A DNA stretch of 64,000 nt from Acidobacteriota bacterium (GCA_043743165.1 JAYTXA010000012.1:66357-130356), one strand, 5' to 3'. Numbered from the stretch's first letter, positions 1-9,149 are shown. The notes: generated by a model from the sequence alone, not told the origin. A program made the numbers and translations.

Positions 1-98
1 TCGGCATCGTCCTTCGTGAGTAACAGCGGGATGACCGCGAGCGGCCAGAGGTAGGCCAGCACGAGCATCGTTGCACGGCTCGGCGCGCCGTCGGTCAT
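1..98 (-). CDS. hypothetical membrane protein, 5' end only (continues beyond window start)
   Basis: ATG at 98-96 (minus) opens MTDGAPSRATMLVLAYLWPLAVIPLLLTKDDA, which includes a hydrophobic helix. Runs off the window, so it is absent from the ORF track. Confidence 0.3.
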   Translation of the reverse strand, partial: MTDGAPSRATMLVLAYLWPLAVIPLLLTKDDA

Positions 99-155
99 TC
101 GCGCGAGTGTAGCATTTCTTGTTCGTGGCCAGCCAAAGCCGATACCATTTGAACT

Positions 156-1238
156 ATGGCAGTTGAACACGCAGCGGTGCTGGATGCGCTGAAAATTGTG
201 CGCGATCCGGATCTCAACCGCGACATCGTCAGCCTCGGCTTCATTAAGAACCTGTCGATCGACGGCGGCCAGGTCGCGTTCATGATCGAACTCACGACGC
301 CGGCGTGTCCCGTCAAGGATCAGATGCGCGATCAGGCGCGCGCTGCCGTGCTGCAGCTCGCCGGCGTGACCGGCGTCGACGTGACCCTCGGCGCGCGAGT
401 GCGCGAGGCAGTGGGTGGCGAAAGCGGCAAGCAGCCGCTCGCGGGCGTGAAGAACATCATCGCTGTCGGCGCCGGCAAGGGCGGCGTCGGCAAGACGACG
501 CTGTCGGTGAACCTGGCCATCGCGCTGTCGAAGTTGGGCAGCCGCGTCGGCATGATCGACGGCGACATCTACGGGCCGAACGTGCCGATCATGCTCGGCA
601 TGAAGACGCAGCTCGCCACGGACGGCGAGAAGATCATCCCCGCTGAGAAGTACGGCCTGCAGGTGGTGTCGATGGGCTTCCTTACCGAGGACGATGCCCC
701 GATCATCTGGCGCGGGCCGATGCTCCACAGCGCGCTGCAGCAGTTCTTCCGCGAGGTTCGCTGGCTCGACCTCGACTACCTGATCATCGACATGCCGCCC
801 GGCACCGGCGACGTGGCGCTCAGCCTCGGGCAGATGGTGCCGGTGGCCGGCGCAATCGTCGTCACGACGCCGCAGCAGGTGTCGCTGGCCGACAGCACGC
901 GCGCCATCGCGATGTACAAGAAGCTCAATATCCCCACCCTCGGCATAATCGAGAACATGAGCTACTTCATCTGCCCCGGATGCCAGAAAGAGTCCGACAT
1001 CTTCGGCACCGGCGGCGGTGAGACGATGGCTGCGAAGCTTGGTGTGCCGTTCCTCGGCCGCATTCCGCTCTACCAGCCCATTCGCGAAGGTGGCGACAGC
1101 GGCGTGCCGCTGCTGATCGCCGAGCCCGACGCACCGGCGGCGCGCGCCATCGTGTCGGCGGCGGAGCAGCTCGCGGCGCAGGTGTCGATCGCGAGCTTCT
1201 CGCGGATGCCGACGATTCCGCTCACCCTGGTCCGATGA
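156..1238 (+). CDS. apbC: Mrp/ApbC/NBP35-family Fe-S cluster carrier ATPase
   Basis: 360-aa ORF with DUF59-like N-terminus, P-loop GKGGVGKTT and a CPGC motif. Confidence 0.9.
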   Translation: MAVEHAAVLDALKIVRDPDLNRDIVSLGFIKNLSIDGGQVAFMIELTTPACPVKDQMRDQARAAVLQLAGVTGVDVTLGARVREAVGGESGKQPLAGVKNIIAVGAGKGGVGKTTLSVNLAIALSKLGSRVGMIDGDIYGPNVPIMLGMKTQLATDGEKIIPAEKYGLQVVSMGFLTEDDAPIIWRGPMLHSALQQFFREVRWLDLDYLIIDMPPGTGDVALSLGQMVPVAGAIVVTTPQQVSLADSTRAIAMYKKLNIPTLGIIENMSYFICPGCQKESDIFGTGGGETMAAKLGVPFLGRIPLYQPIREGGDSGVPLLIAEPDAPAARAIVSAAEQLAAQVSIASFSRMPTIPLTLVR

Positions 1239-2542
1239 ATATCTCCTTCAGCAAGCACACGCTGGCGAATGGTCTCGACGTCCTCATCCACGAGGACCGT
1301 TCGTGCCCGATCGTCTCGGTGAACATCTGGTATCACGTCGGCTCGAAGAACGAAGTGCCAGGCCGCACCGGCTTCGCGCACTTCTTCGAGCACCTGATGT
1401 TCGAGGGGTCCGAGCACCACGACAAGGGCTACTTCCAGCCGCTTCAGGGCGCCGGTGCACTGCTGAACGGGTCGACGAACGCCGACCGCACCAATTACTG
1501 GGAAGTGGTGCCGACCAACGCCTTCGAGCTGGCGCTCTGGATGGAATCGGACCGCATGGGCTACCTGTTGCCCGCGCTCACGGCCGCCAAGTTCCAGAAC
1601 CAGCGCGATGTCGTCCTGAACGAGCGGCGACAGAGCTACGAGAACCGGCCCTACGGCCTGGCGCCGATGGCGATGCTGGCGGCGATCTATCCGCCGGACC
1701 ATCCGTATCACTGGCCCACCATCGGTCAGATTGCCGACCTGCATGCGGCCCGCGTGGAGGAAGTGCGCGAGTTCTTCGCCACCTACTACCACCCGGCCAA
1801 TGCGTCGATCGCGATCGCCGGCGACGTCGACACCGGGGAGGCGCTCGCCCAGGTGCGCCGCTACTTCGAAGGCATCGCACCAGGTCCGGCGGTGGCACCG
1901 GTGAAACCCGCCGACCCGCAGCTGGCCGGCGAAACGAGGGTGCTGATCGAGGACCAGGTCGAACTCCCGCGCCTCTACCTGGCGTGGGTGACGCAGGCGA
2001 TGTTCGCCCCCGACGATGCCGAGCTCGACCTGGCGGCCGACATCCTGGCGAACGGCAAGACCTCGCGCCTGTACAAGCGGCTCGTCTACGAGATGCGTGC
2101 CGCCACCGACGTATCGGCCGCGCAGAACTCGCGCGAAGCCGGCGGCTTCCTGCAGATGGCGGCGACCGCCGCGCCGGGGCACACACTCGCGGAGATCGAC
2201 CGCGTCATCCTCGAAGAGATTGCGCGCCTCGCCGCCGATGGCCCGACCGAGGACGAGATCGATCGCGGGCGGGTCCAGGCCGAAGCGCAGTTCATGTATC
2301 GCCTGCAGACGGTGGGCGGATTCGGCGGCAAGTCCGATCAGCTGAACGCCTACAACATGTTCCTGAAGGACCCCGGCTACTTCAGCCGCGACCTCACCCG
2401 ATACACCGCCGTGACGGCCACGTCGCTACGCGATGCGGTGCGCCGGTACCTGGCGAATTCCAACCGGATCGCCCTCAGCATTGTCCCCAAGGGCAAGACC
2501 GTCTTCGCCCTGGCGGGCTCGGTCCCGTCGCTCGTTTCATGA
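1235..2542 (+). CDS. M16 (pitrilysin/insulinase) family zinc peptidase, catalytic subunit
   Basis: 435-aa ORF with inverted zinc motif HFFEH (HxxEH). ATGA overlap with the apbC stop. Confidence 0.9.
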   Translation: MNISFSKHTLANGLDVLIHEDRSCPIVSVNIWYHVGSKNEVPGRTGFAHFFEHLMFEGSEHHDKGYFQPLQGAGALLNGSTNADRTNYWEVVPTNAFELALWMESDRMGYLLPALTAAKFQNQRDVVLNERRQSYENRPYGLAPMAMLAAIYPPDHPYHWPTIGQIADLHAARVEEVREFFATYYHPANASIAIAGDVDTGEALAQVRRYFEGIAPGPAVAPVKPADPQLAGETRVLIEDQVELPRLYLAWVTQAMFAPDDAELDLAADILANGKTSRLYKRLVYEMRAATDVSAAQNSREAGGFLQMAATAAPGHTLAEIDRVILEEIARLAADGPTEDEIDRGRVQAEAQFMYRLQTVGGFGGKSDQLNAYNMFLKDPGYFSRDLTRYTAVTATSLRDAVRRYLANSNRIALSIVPKGKTVFALAGSVPSLVS

Positions 2543-2552
2543 AAGTGCGCCC

Positions 2553-3914
2553 ATGACCGTAGACCGCAGCCGGCTGCCCGTTCCGGGGAAGACGCCGCCC
2601 TTCCACTTTCCCGCGATCGAGCGCTCGACGCTGCCGGGCGGCCTTCGCGTGTGGAGCGTCCGTCACACGTCGATCCCGGTTGCGACGGTGATGCTGCTGG
2701 TGCGCCGCGGGTCGGCCGACGACCCGCCTGGCAAGGAAGGGCTCTCGGCCATCACGGCCGACATGCTTGACGAGGGTACCGGCACGCTGTCGTCGATCGA
2801 AATCCACGAGAAGCTGGCACACATCGGTGCCCAGCTCGATTCCGACATCGGACCGGATGCGACGCTGTTCACGGTTACGGTGTTGAGCCGCTTCCTGCCG
2901 CCGGCGGTGTCGCTGCTGGCCGACATGGTGGTGCGTCCCTCGCTGCGCGAGGAAGACTTTGCGCGCGTGCGGCAACTGCGCCTGCATCGGTTGATGCAGC
3001 TGAAAGACATGCCGGGGGCGGTCGCCGATCGTGCCTTCATGCGACTGCTCTACGGCCAGCAGCCCTACGGTCACACGCCGCTTGGCAACGAGGCGTCGCT
3101 CACCGCCCTCACGGTCGACGATGTGCGTGCGTTTCACGCCGCCAACGTGCGCCCTGGCGATGCCACGCTGGTGGTGACAGGCGACTGCGTGCACGCGGAG
3201 GTCGAGGCGCTGGCCGCCTCGTTCTTCGACGGCTGGACGGCCGGCACCGGCACGCCGCTGCCGGTGGCGGGGAAGCCGACGACACCGCCGCGCCTGAACA
3301 TCATCCCGCGTCCTGGTGCGCCGCAGTCCGAACTGCGCATCGGCCACGTTGGCGTCGCCCGCAACACGCCGGACTACCACGCACTGGTGGCGGCGAACAT
3401 GGTGCTCGGCGGACAGTTCGTCAGTCGCATCAACCTGAATCTGCGCGAGGACAAGGGCTTCACCTACGGTGCGCGCACGTCGTTCGACTTCCGGCGGTTG
3501 CCAGGCCCGTTCTCGCTGCAGGTGAGCGTGCAGACGGCGGCGACGGTCGAGGCCATTCGCGAGTCGATGCTCGAGATTGCCGCCATTCGCGATGCGCGTC
3601 CGGTGTCGGTCGATGAACTGTCGCTCGGCGTGGCGGCCCTTACGCGTGGCTACGCCCGCAACTTCGAGACGGCCGAGCAACTCGCGCGCGCGGCCACTCA
3701 ACTCGCGCTATACGACCTGCCCGACACCTACTTCGATGAGTTCGTCTCGCGCGTCGAGGCGGTGACGGTGGACGACGTGACGCGTGTGGCGCAGCGGCAC
3801 CTGTCGCCCGATCGCCTGACCACGCTCATCGTTGGCGACTACAGTGCCGTATCGAGCGGTCTGCTGACGCTCGGCCTTGGCGCGCCGTCGATGCTCGCGG
3901 CCGACACGTTCTAG
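2553..3914 (+). CDS. M16 family peptidase, non-catalytic partner subunit
   Basis: Track ORF 2433-3914 trimmed to ATG 2553 (MTVDRSRLPV), just after the upstream stop. M16 fold pattern but no HxxEH. Paired-gene arrangement typical of M16B. Confidence 0.85.
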   Translation: MTVDRSRLPVPGKTPPFHFPAIERSTLPGGLRVWSVRHTSIPVATVMLLVRRGSADDPPGKEGLSAITADMLDEGTGTLSSIEIHEKLAHIGAQLDSDIGPDATLFTVTVLSRFLPPAVSLLADMVVRPSLREEDFARVRQLRLHRLMQLKDMPGAVADRAFMRLLYGQQPYGHTPLGNEASLTALTVDDVRAFHAANVRPGDATLVVTGDCVHAEVEALAASFFDGWTAGTGTPLPVAGKPTTPPRLNIIPRPGAPQSELRIGHVGVARNTPDYHALVAANMVLGGQFVSRINLNLREDKGFTYGARTSFDFRRLPGPFSLQVSVQTAATVEAIRESMLEIAAIRDARPVSVDELSLGVAALTRGYARNFETAEQLARAATQLALYDLPDTYFDEFVSRVEAVTVDDVTRVAQRHLSPDRLTTLIVGDYSAVSSGLLTLGLGAPSMLAADTF

Positions 3915-3953
3915 CGGTTTGCCGGTACGGTATCTTCTGAGGGAGCAGGCATT

Positions 3954-4157
3954 GTGCGATACGAACGTATCGGGCTCAGCCTGTTTGGGGCGGTCGCACT
4001 GCTGGTCGTAGTGGTGGCGGTGGCCACCATCTGGCTGTTCCTGACCAATCCGGTGACCGTGGCAACGGCCGTGAGCGAAGGCGAAGTCTCGCCGTTCGTA
4101 CGCGACCTTGCCGACGTGCTCCTGCAGGCCCTGCAGGGCCTCCTGAAATACCTGTGA
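3954..4157 (+). CDS. small hypothetical membrane protein
   Basis: 67-aa ORF with GTG start. One strong TM helix (LSLFGAVALLVVVVAVATIWLFL). Its stop overlaps the next start (TGATG). Confidence 0.45.
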   Translation: MRYERIGLSLFGAVALLVVVVAVATIWLFLTNPVTVATAVSEGEVSPFVRDLADVLLQALQGLLKYL

Positions 4158-4693
4158 TGAACGAAGAGCCCACACCCCAGGACGTCGTCGGCCAGCTGGC
4201 GGCACGCAAGGCCGACGCGGTCCAGAGCATCGAGACGCTCCGCGCGCTTCGCGCCACGGTGGTCGAGGAGTCGGCGAAGTTCGAGAATCCGCAGGCGGTG
4301 CTCGAGTACGTCGACTTCTTCCTGTCCGGGTTCGAAGAGGTGGTGGCGGCGTGCGACACGCTGTCTGGCGAGGTCGTGGTGAAGGTGCAGCGGGCGCACA
4401 TCGACCTGCTGCGTCAGATTGCGGCCAACTGCCGCGTCGAACAGCGCCGCTGCCTCGTGTTTCGCGACAAGTGCATCAATCGCCCGCTGCCGCACGAGAC
4501 GATGCGTCCGCTGCTCAACGACATTTCAGTGACGACGCGCGACCAGCTCACCGCGTTCTACGACCTGAACAACGCCGCGGCCAAGCTCGAGCGAATCATC
4601 AACACGATGGAGCCCGAACCCGAACCGAAGCGGGTGATGGGGCGGCGTCAGCTGTTCTCGAACCTGGTCAAGCCGCTCAAGGACAGGCTGTAG
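4157..4693 (+). CDS. hypothetical protein (predicted helical, no recognisable motif)
   Basis: 178-179-aa ORF (GTG 4154 or ATG 4157) with GC3-rich codons, coupled to the upstream small ORF. Confidence 0.6.
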   Translation: MNEEPTPQDVVGQLAARKADAVQSIETLRALRATVVEESAKFENPQAVLEYVDFFLSGFEEVVAACDTLSGEVVVKVQRAHIDLLRQIAANCRVEQRRCLVFRDKCINRPLPHETMRPLLNDISVTTRDQLTAFYDLNNAAAKLERIINTMEPEPEPKRVMGRRQLFSNLVKPLKDRL

Positions 4694-4704
4694 GCGCCAG
4701 ACGG

Positions 4705-4732
4705 GCTTCGGGCTCCAGGCTTCGGGCTCCAG
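4705..4732. repeat. perfect tandem 14-mer x2 (GCTTCGGGCTCCAG)
   Basis: Units at 4705-4718 and 4719-4732 are identical. An inverted, diverged pair lies at 5108-5135. Confidence 0.85.
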
Positions 4733-4801
4733 ACCCCCAGCGCGCTACCGCCGCGTCCACCGAGACACACGAATCGCGCAAAATTACACATCGAGGTGCC
4801 G

Positions 4802-5011
4802 GTGCGGACCAACATTGAAATCGATGACAACCTGATGCGCGAGGCGATGCGGGCGAGCGGCGACGCGACCAAGCGCGCCGCCATTGAACGGGGCCTGCGC
4901 CTTGTGATCGAAACAGGGAGGCAACAGGGCATCCGCCGCGTGCGGGGAAAGGTCGCCTGGACCAGCGACCTGAGTGCAAGCCGGAAAAGCCGCACGGCAG
5001 CCGCCCGCTGA
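4802..5011 (+). CDS. vapB: VapB-type (DUF2191-like) type II antitoxin
   Basis: N-terminus (MP)VRTNIEIDDNLMREAMRASG matches the common VapB opening MRTNIEIDDxLxxEA. GTG at 4802 (or 4796) follows GAGG. Confidence 0.75.
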   Translation: MRTNIEIDDNLMREAMRASGDATKRAAIERGLRLVIETGRQQGIRRVRGKVAWTSDLSASRKSRTAAAR

Positions 5012-5012
5012 C

Positions 5013-5072
5013 ATGGTCATCGTCGATACCTCCGTCTGGATCGACTATCTGAACTGCTGCACCTCGAAGTGA
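5013..5072 (+). pseudogene. vapC: vapC (PIN-domain toxin) remnant, 19 codons only
   Basis: ATG 2 nt after the vapB stop encodes MVIVDTSVWIDYLN, the canonical PIN N-terminus with the first acidic residue. It then diverges (CCTSK) and hits a stop. Only 72 nt remain before the next gene. Confidence 0.6.
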
Positions 5073-5107
5073 TTCACCCGTAGTCCTACGAGCGACGTCC
5101 CAGCCAA

Positions 5108-5135
5108 GAGCCTGCAGCCCAAAGCCTGGAGCCGG
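5108..5135. repeat. inverted, diverged copy of the 14-mer pair
   Basis: The reverse complement CCGGCTCCAGGCTTTGGGCTGCAGGCTC matches 4711-4732 at 20 of 22 positions. Confidence 0.7.
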
Positions 5136-5144
5136 AACAGGTCT

Positions 5145-7922
5145 TCACCTCTCGAGCAGCGATTGCCAGTTCAGGATGACGTTCACCGGCTGCGGCGCGT
5201 CGGTGGACGGCACAATCATGAGGAAGCGTTGGCCGTCAGGGGCCGCATCGAACTGGGTGTAGCTCTGCAGGCTTCCTGGATCGATGCTGGTCCGGAACAG
5301 CTTCTGCGGCGTCCCGACGCTCAGCGTGGGCGTCAGCGTGATGGGCACAGTCATCAGATCGCCGTCGTGTGAGACGTAGAACAGTTCCTTGCCGTCCCGC
5401 CGCCAAACGCCGCGGAGGCCCCCACCTCGGGACACCTGCTGTTTGTTGTCGCCGGCGGGAAACGATCGGACGTAAATCTCCGGCGAACCCGTTTCGTTGG
5501 ACTGGTACACGAACCACGCGCCATCGGGCGAGAAGCGCGCCGACGATTCACTCGCGGGCGACGACAGCACGGAGCGCTCCTCGGCCCGGCCTCCAAGGCT
5601 GTGCAGCGCGATATCATAATTGCCGTCGGGTCTGGTGCGCGTATACAGGACGCCCTTGCCATCGGGAGCGAGGTCGGGCAGAACCACGACGTCTGCTCCT
5701 GGTGGAACGACGACGCTCTGCGCCGCGCCTTCGGCCGGCGCCATCCGGACCAGCATCGAACCCTTCGCCGACACGCTGGCGAAGACAATCGCAGACTGGT
5801 CGCGCGCCCAGGAGCTCATGAAGGCCGTGCTGCCGTACGTCAACTGCGACGTCGTCTGCCGACCCAAGTCGACCAGCATCAGGTCGTAGACCCGACTGGC
5901 CTCGTTGAGCCGGGACACCGTTGCGCGCGACCCGTCGGGGGAGATCCGAACGTCACGCAGAGAGCCGCTCACCGGTGCCGCTTCACCGAGGATCTGCCCC
6001 TGGCGACTCACCCACACCAGGCGGCTGGCGCCGTTCGCACTGCTGACGTAACTCAGCACATCGTCCTGAACGGAGAACGTCGTAGTGCCGCCACCTGCAA
6101 CAGCAGACACCGACTGAGCCAGGGGCTGTGGCTCGCCGACAATTTGCGCCGTCTCCCCGTCCAGGCCCATCGCGAACAGGGTCGCCTCGCGCACGAAGAG
6201 TAGATGACCGTGACTCGTGCCTCCAGGCCTGAGCCAGGGGGCATGAATGACGCCTCTCAACGCCGCCGCCGTGAGCGCCTGGCTCGTCGCTCCATCGGCC
6301 GAGCCAATCCGCAGGGACGAAGCGCCGAAGCTATTGGTGCCGTAGATGAATCGACGGCGGTCCCGCAGGAACCCTGCCAGCGATTGCGAGATCTCATTGG
6401 TGGCGTCGAACGGCGCGGCTGGAACTGACGCTCCCCCCGACGCGGAGACTCGGCGCAGTGGGCCAGCGGATGGCGGAAAGATAATCGTGTCATCCGCCCA
6501 GATGCCAGGTCCGCCCACATTGCCGGCCGCTGTCACATCCTGGAGTGTGCCGGTCGCAAGGTCCACGGTCTTGAGCCTGCCGTCCGCAAAGAACCCCATC
6601 TTCGTGCCGTCGGTGGACCAGAAGGGATATACGGCCCGATCTGTCCCGCGTACACTCTGCGCCGACAGGCTGTTGAGCGGGCGGATGTAGACCAGACGCT
6701 TGCCTGATGCCTGATCGATGCCGACGATCGCAATGCGCGTCCCGTCAGGCGACACCGCCGGCGGCTGTCCCCGCACCGGCGTCACATCATCGGGCAGCGT
6801 CAGCTGAAGACGAACCACCGGCTTCGCGTCCGCCACCGCCGCGCGCGGCCGGAGCAATGGAATCAGGACGCCAGCCGTCAGCACGGCGCCCACCAATAAC
6901 GCCGCCACAACACGCCATGGACGCGGCGACGTCCCGACGGCGACCGCAGTCGCAGATGCAAGCCCAGACCCGCTGCTGATGCTCGACGAAGACAGAGCGT
7001 CCAGCGCGAACGCCAGGTCGCCAGCCGACATGAACCGCCCACTGGGACTCTTCGCCAGGCAGCGATCGACGATGAGCGCCAGAGCCGGCGCGGATTGCCG
7101 CAGGTCGGCCGGCAGTTCCGGCGGCTCCTCCTTCAGAATCGCCGTCATGACGTCGGCCGAGGTATCGCCGGCGAATGCTCGACGCCCCGCCAGCATCTCG
7201 TAGAGCACCGCGCCCAGCGCGAAGATGTCGGCGCGTTGGTCAACGGCCAGCCCGCGCACCTGTTCGGGCGCCATGTAGCCCACCGTGCCCAGCACCATCC
7301 CGGGCGTCGTCTCCGGCGCCGTCGTCGGCATCTGCGTGTCCGTCCCGTCCGTCCCGTCCGTCCCACCCGCCCCGCCCGCCCCGCCCGCCCCGCCCGCCTG
7401 GCCTGCCCCGCCTGCCCGTTCCGCGAGCTTGGCCAGCCCGAAGTCGAGAATCTTCACGCGGTCGTCGGTGGTGATGAAGACGTTCTCCGGCTTCAGGTCG
7501 CGGTGGACCAACTGCCTCTCGTGCGCGGCGGCAAGCCCGCGCGCGATCTGCACCGCGTACTCGACCGCTTTTCGCGTCGTGAGAGGCCCGGCCGCCAGCC
7601 GCTCGCGCAACGTCTGGCCGTCGAGCAGCTCCGACACGATGTAGGGCCCGGTGGCCTGCGCTGAGCCGACCGATGTATCTGCGTGTCCGATGTCGAAAAC
7701 GGCGAGGATGTTGGGATGATTCAGGCTGGCGACGGCGCGCGCTTCCAGCTCGAATCGACGCAGCCTTTCCGCGTCCGCGGCCACGTCGGCGTGGAGCACC
7801 TTGATGGCGACATCCCGCACGAGCCGCCCATCGTGCGCTCGGTAGACTTCGCCCATGCCGCCGGCCCCGAGGGCGGAGACGATCGCATAGGGGCCGAGTC
7901 GGGTGCCAGGAGTGAGCGCCAA
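5145..7922 (-). CDS. Ser/Thr protein kinase with TM helix and C-terminal TolB-like (PD40/WD40-like) beta-propeller
   Basis: 925 aa with GAGGMGEVY glycine loop, AIK, HRDLKPEN, DFG and GYMAPE. TM segment WRVVAALLVGAVLTAGVLIPLL. Repeated xSPDGxxxxF/Y propeller blades. Confidence 0.9.
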   Translation of the reverse strand: MALTPGTRLGPYAIVSALGAGGMGEVYRAHDGRLVRDVAIKVLHADVAADAERLRRFELEARAVASLNHPNILAVFDIGHADTSVGSAQATGPYIVSELLDGQTLRERLAAGPLTTRKAVEYAVQIARGLAAAHERQLVHRDLKPENVFITTDDRVKILDFGLAKLAERAGGAGQAGGAGGAGGAGGTDGTDGTDTQMPTTAPETTPGMVLGTVGYMAPEQVRGLAVDQRADIFALGAVLYEMLAGRRAFAGDTSADVMTAILKEEPPELPADLRQSAPALALIVDRCLAKSPSGRFMSAGDLAFALDALSSSSISSGSGLASATAVAVGTSPRPWRVVAALLVGAVLTAGVLIPLLRPRAAVADAKPVVRLQLTLPDDVTPVRGQPPAVSPDGTRIAIVGIDQASGKRLVYIRPLNSLSAQSVRGTDRAVYPFWSTDGTKMGFFADGRLKTVDLATGTLQDVTAAGNVGGPGIWADDTIIFPPSAGPLRRVSASGGASVPAAPFDATNEISQSLAGFLRDRRRFIYGTNSFGASSLRIGSADGATSQALTAAALRGVIHAPWLRPGGTSHGHLLFVREATLFAMGLDGETAQIVGEPQPLAQSVSAVAGGGTTTFSVQDDVLSYVSSANGASRLVWVSRQGQILGEAAPVSGSLRDVRISPDGSRATVSRLNEASRVYDLMLVDLGRQTTSQLTYGSTAFMSSWARDQSAIVFASVSAKGSMLVRMAPAEGAAQSVVVPPGADVVVLPDLAPDGKGVLYTRTRPDGNYDIALHSLGGRAEERSVLSSPASESSARFSPDGAWFVYQSNETGSPEIYVRSFPAGDNKQQVSRGGGLRGVWRRDGKELFYVSHDGDLMTVPITLTPTLSVGTPQKLFRTSIDPGSLQSYTQFDAAPDGQRFLMIVPSTDAPQPVNVILNWQSLLER
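7339..7419. repeat. in-frame tandem 9-nt repeats inside the kinase gene
   Basis: (TCCGTCCCG)x3 then (CCCGCCCCG)x3-4 plus degenerate units. On the coding strand this encodes GGAGQAGGAGGAGGAGGTDGTDGTD. Confidence 0.85.
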
Positions 7923-7959
7923 TGTGTGCGTGATTATACGGTCGAGCCCGGCCGTCCTG

Positions 7960-9006
7960 TCAGTCCGCGAGCAGCGCGCGCTTCAGGAACCGGCTCAGGA
8001 TCAGCCCGTCCACGAACTTGAACGGCGTCACACCGGTCGTGTAGTGCCCGCACCGCAGCACCGCCACTTCGTGGGGGATCCCCTGCTTCTCGAATTGACG
8101 CACAAGGTCGCGCGACAGATCGACCGGGAACGTCAGGTCGTAGCGTGCGTACACCAGCAGCGTCTTGCGGTCGCGCAGCCGCTCGAGGAAGTTCGCCGGG
8201 CTGAGCGGGTTCCAGAGCTTGCGCAGCAGGTCGAGTTCGATGTGGCCGTCGAGTCCTTCACGAACGTGTGAGGTCGAGATGCCGCGCCACACGACGTCGG
8301 CGAAGTAGGGCGAGATATGGTTCAGCGCCTGGGCTCGCACCAGCGGCTCGTGAGCCGTGGTGAGGAGCGACAGGCACGACCCGAGGCTCGACCCCAGGAT
8401 GCCGATGCGGTCGTAGCCCTGCGCGTGCAGCCACGCAATCGCCCGGCGCGCATCGAGCACCGCCTGCCGGCACACCTGCAGCGTGCGCACGATGTTGGCG
8501 GACACGATGTAGTCGGCACGCCGCAGCTCCGGCGGCATGCGGAGGTCGTGATAGGGCAGGCTCATTCGCAAGGCCGTGAGCCCGTGCATCGTGAGCAACT
8601 TGCAGAGGCCGACATGGCCGCCGGCATCCGAATTCCACTGCGGCAGCACCACGACGGCCGCCCGATGCGTGCGTGCCGGGTCGTCCTTCGGGTGAAACAG
8701 GCGGCCGTAGACCGTGTTGTTCTCGGCGTGCGGCGTGTCGAGCGCGCTCGGAAACGTGAGCAACTGCTCGCCGGCCTCGACGCCGGAGCCGAGCGTGTAT
8801 GCAGTCGTGGCAGGCGGCGTGTAGAAGGCGTCCGTGTCCGTCATGACCTCGGCCACCCAGTCGTCGATCAGCGCGTGAGGCGGGTCACCAGCCGCCGCGT
8901 GGCGGTGAGACATCCAGTCGAGACCCCAGTCGAAGGGACGAACGACGCGGTCCGTGGTGACCGACGCAAGTCGGCGTTCCCATGCGTGGAAGAGCGCTTG
9001 AAGCAT
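7960..9006 (-). CDS. alpha/beta-fold hydrolase
   Basis: 348 aa with nucleophile elbow GSSLGS and a downstream His (CGHY). Confidence 0.75.
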   Translation of the reverse strand: MLQALFHAWERRLASVTTDRVVRPFDWGLDWMSHRHAAAGDPPHALIDDWVAEVMTDTDAFYTPPATTAYTLGSGVEAGEQLLTFPSALDTPHAENNTVYGRLFHPKDDPARTHRAAVVVLPQWNSDAGGHVGLCKLLTMHGLTALRMSLPYHDLRMPPELRRADYIVSANIVRTLQVCRQAVLDARRAIAWLHAQGYDRIGILGSSLGSCLSLLTTAHEPLVRAQALNHISPYFADVVWRGISTSHVREGLDGHIELDLLRKLWNPLSPANFLERLRDRKTLLVYARYDLTFPVDLSRDLVRQFEKQGIPHEVAVLRCGHYTTGVTPFKFVDGLILSRFLKRALLAD

Positions 9007-9025
9007 CGAATCCCCATGCTATACT
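8998..9025 (+). promoter_or_regulatory. sigma70-type promoter of the asd operon
   Basis: TTGAAG (8998-9003), 16-nt spacer, TATACT (9020-9025). Lies in the divergent region next to the start of the hydrolase gene. Confidence 0.5.
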
Positions 9026-9149
9026 CTCCGGGCTTTGATGGCTCTCACCTCCACGACTCGAAAGTGCACCGATCGAAAGCGGGTCCACCGTGTCGAAGGA
9101 GTTGTGCTCGGATGCTAGTCACCTAGAGACCATTCACGAGCTGAACCCT

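Noticed and set aside
1070-2182. 370-aa ORF antisense to the M16 peptidase gene. Similar long shadow ORFs occur at 2475-3701, 9134-10174, 10887-12464, 12289-13491, 26958-27983, 35656-36648, 57381-58832 and 62236-63471.
   Set aside because: Arg/Gly/His/Pro-rich low-complexity translations lying opposite ORFs with clear family motifs. This is the expected behaviour of stop-poor alternative frames in GC-rich DNA.
7339-7419. Possible CRISPR or other array, given the dense short repeats here and at 55409-55540.
   Set aside because: Units are 9-14 nt with no unique spacers and no cas genes. The first set is in frame inside a kinase gene and the second lies in a tRNA spacer.
9026-9149. Known riboswitch classes for the asd leader (L-box lysine, T-box, SAM).
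   Set aside because: I could not find the conserved cores by eye and the leader is shorter than an L-box. A covariance-model search is still needed, so the class is left open rather than assigned.
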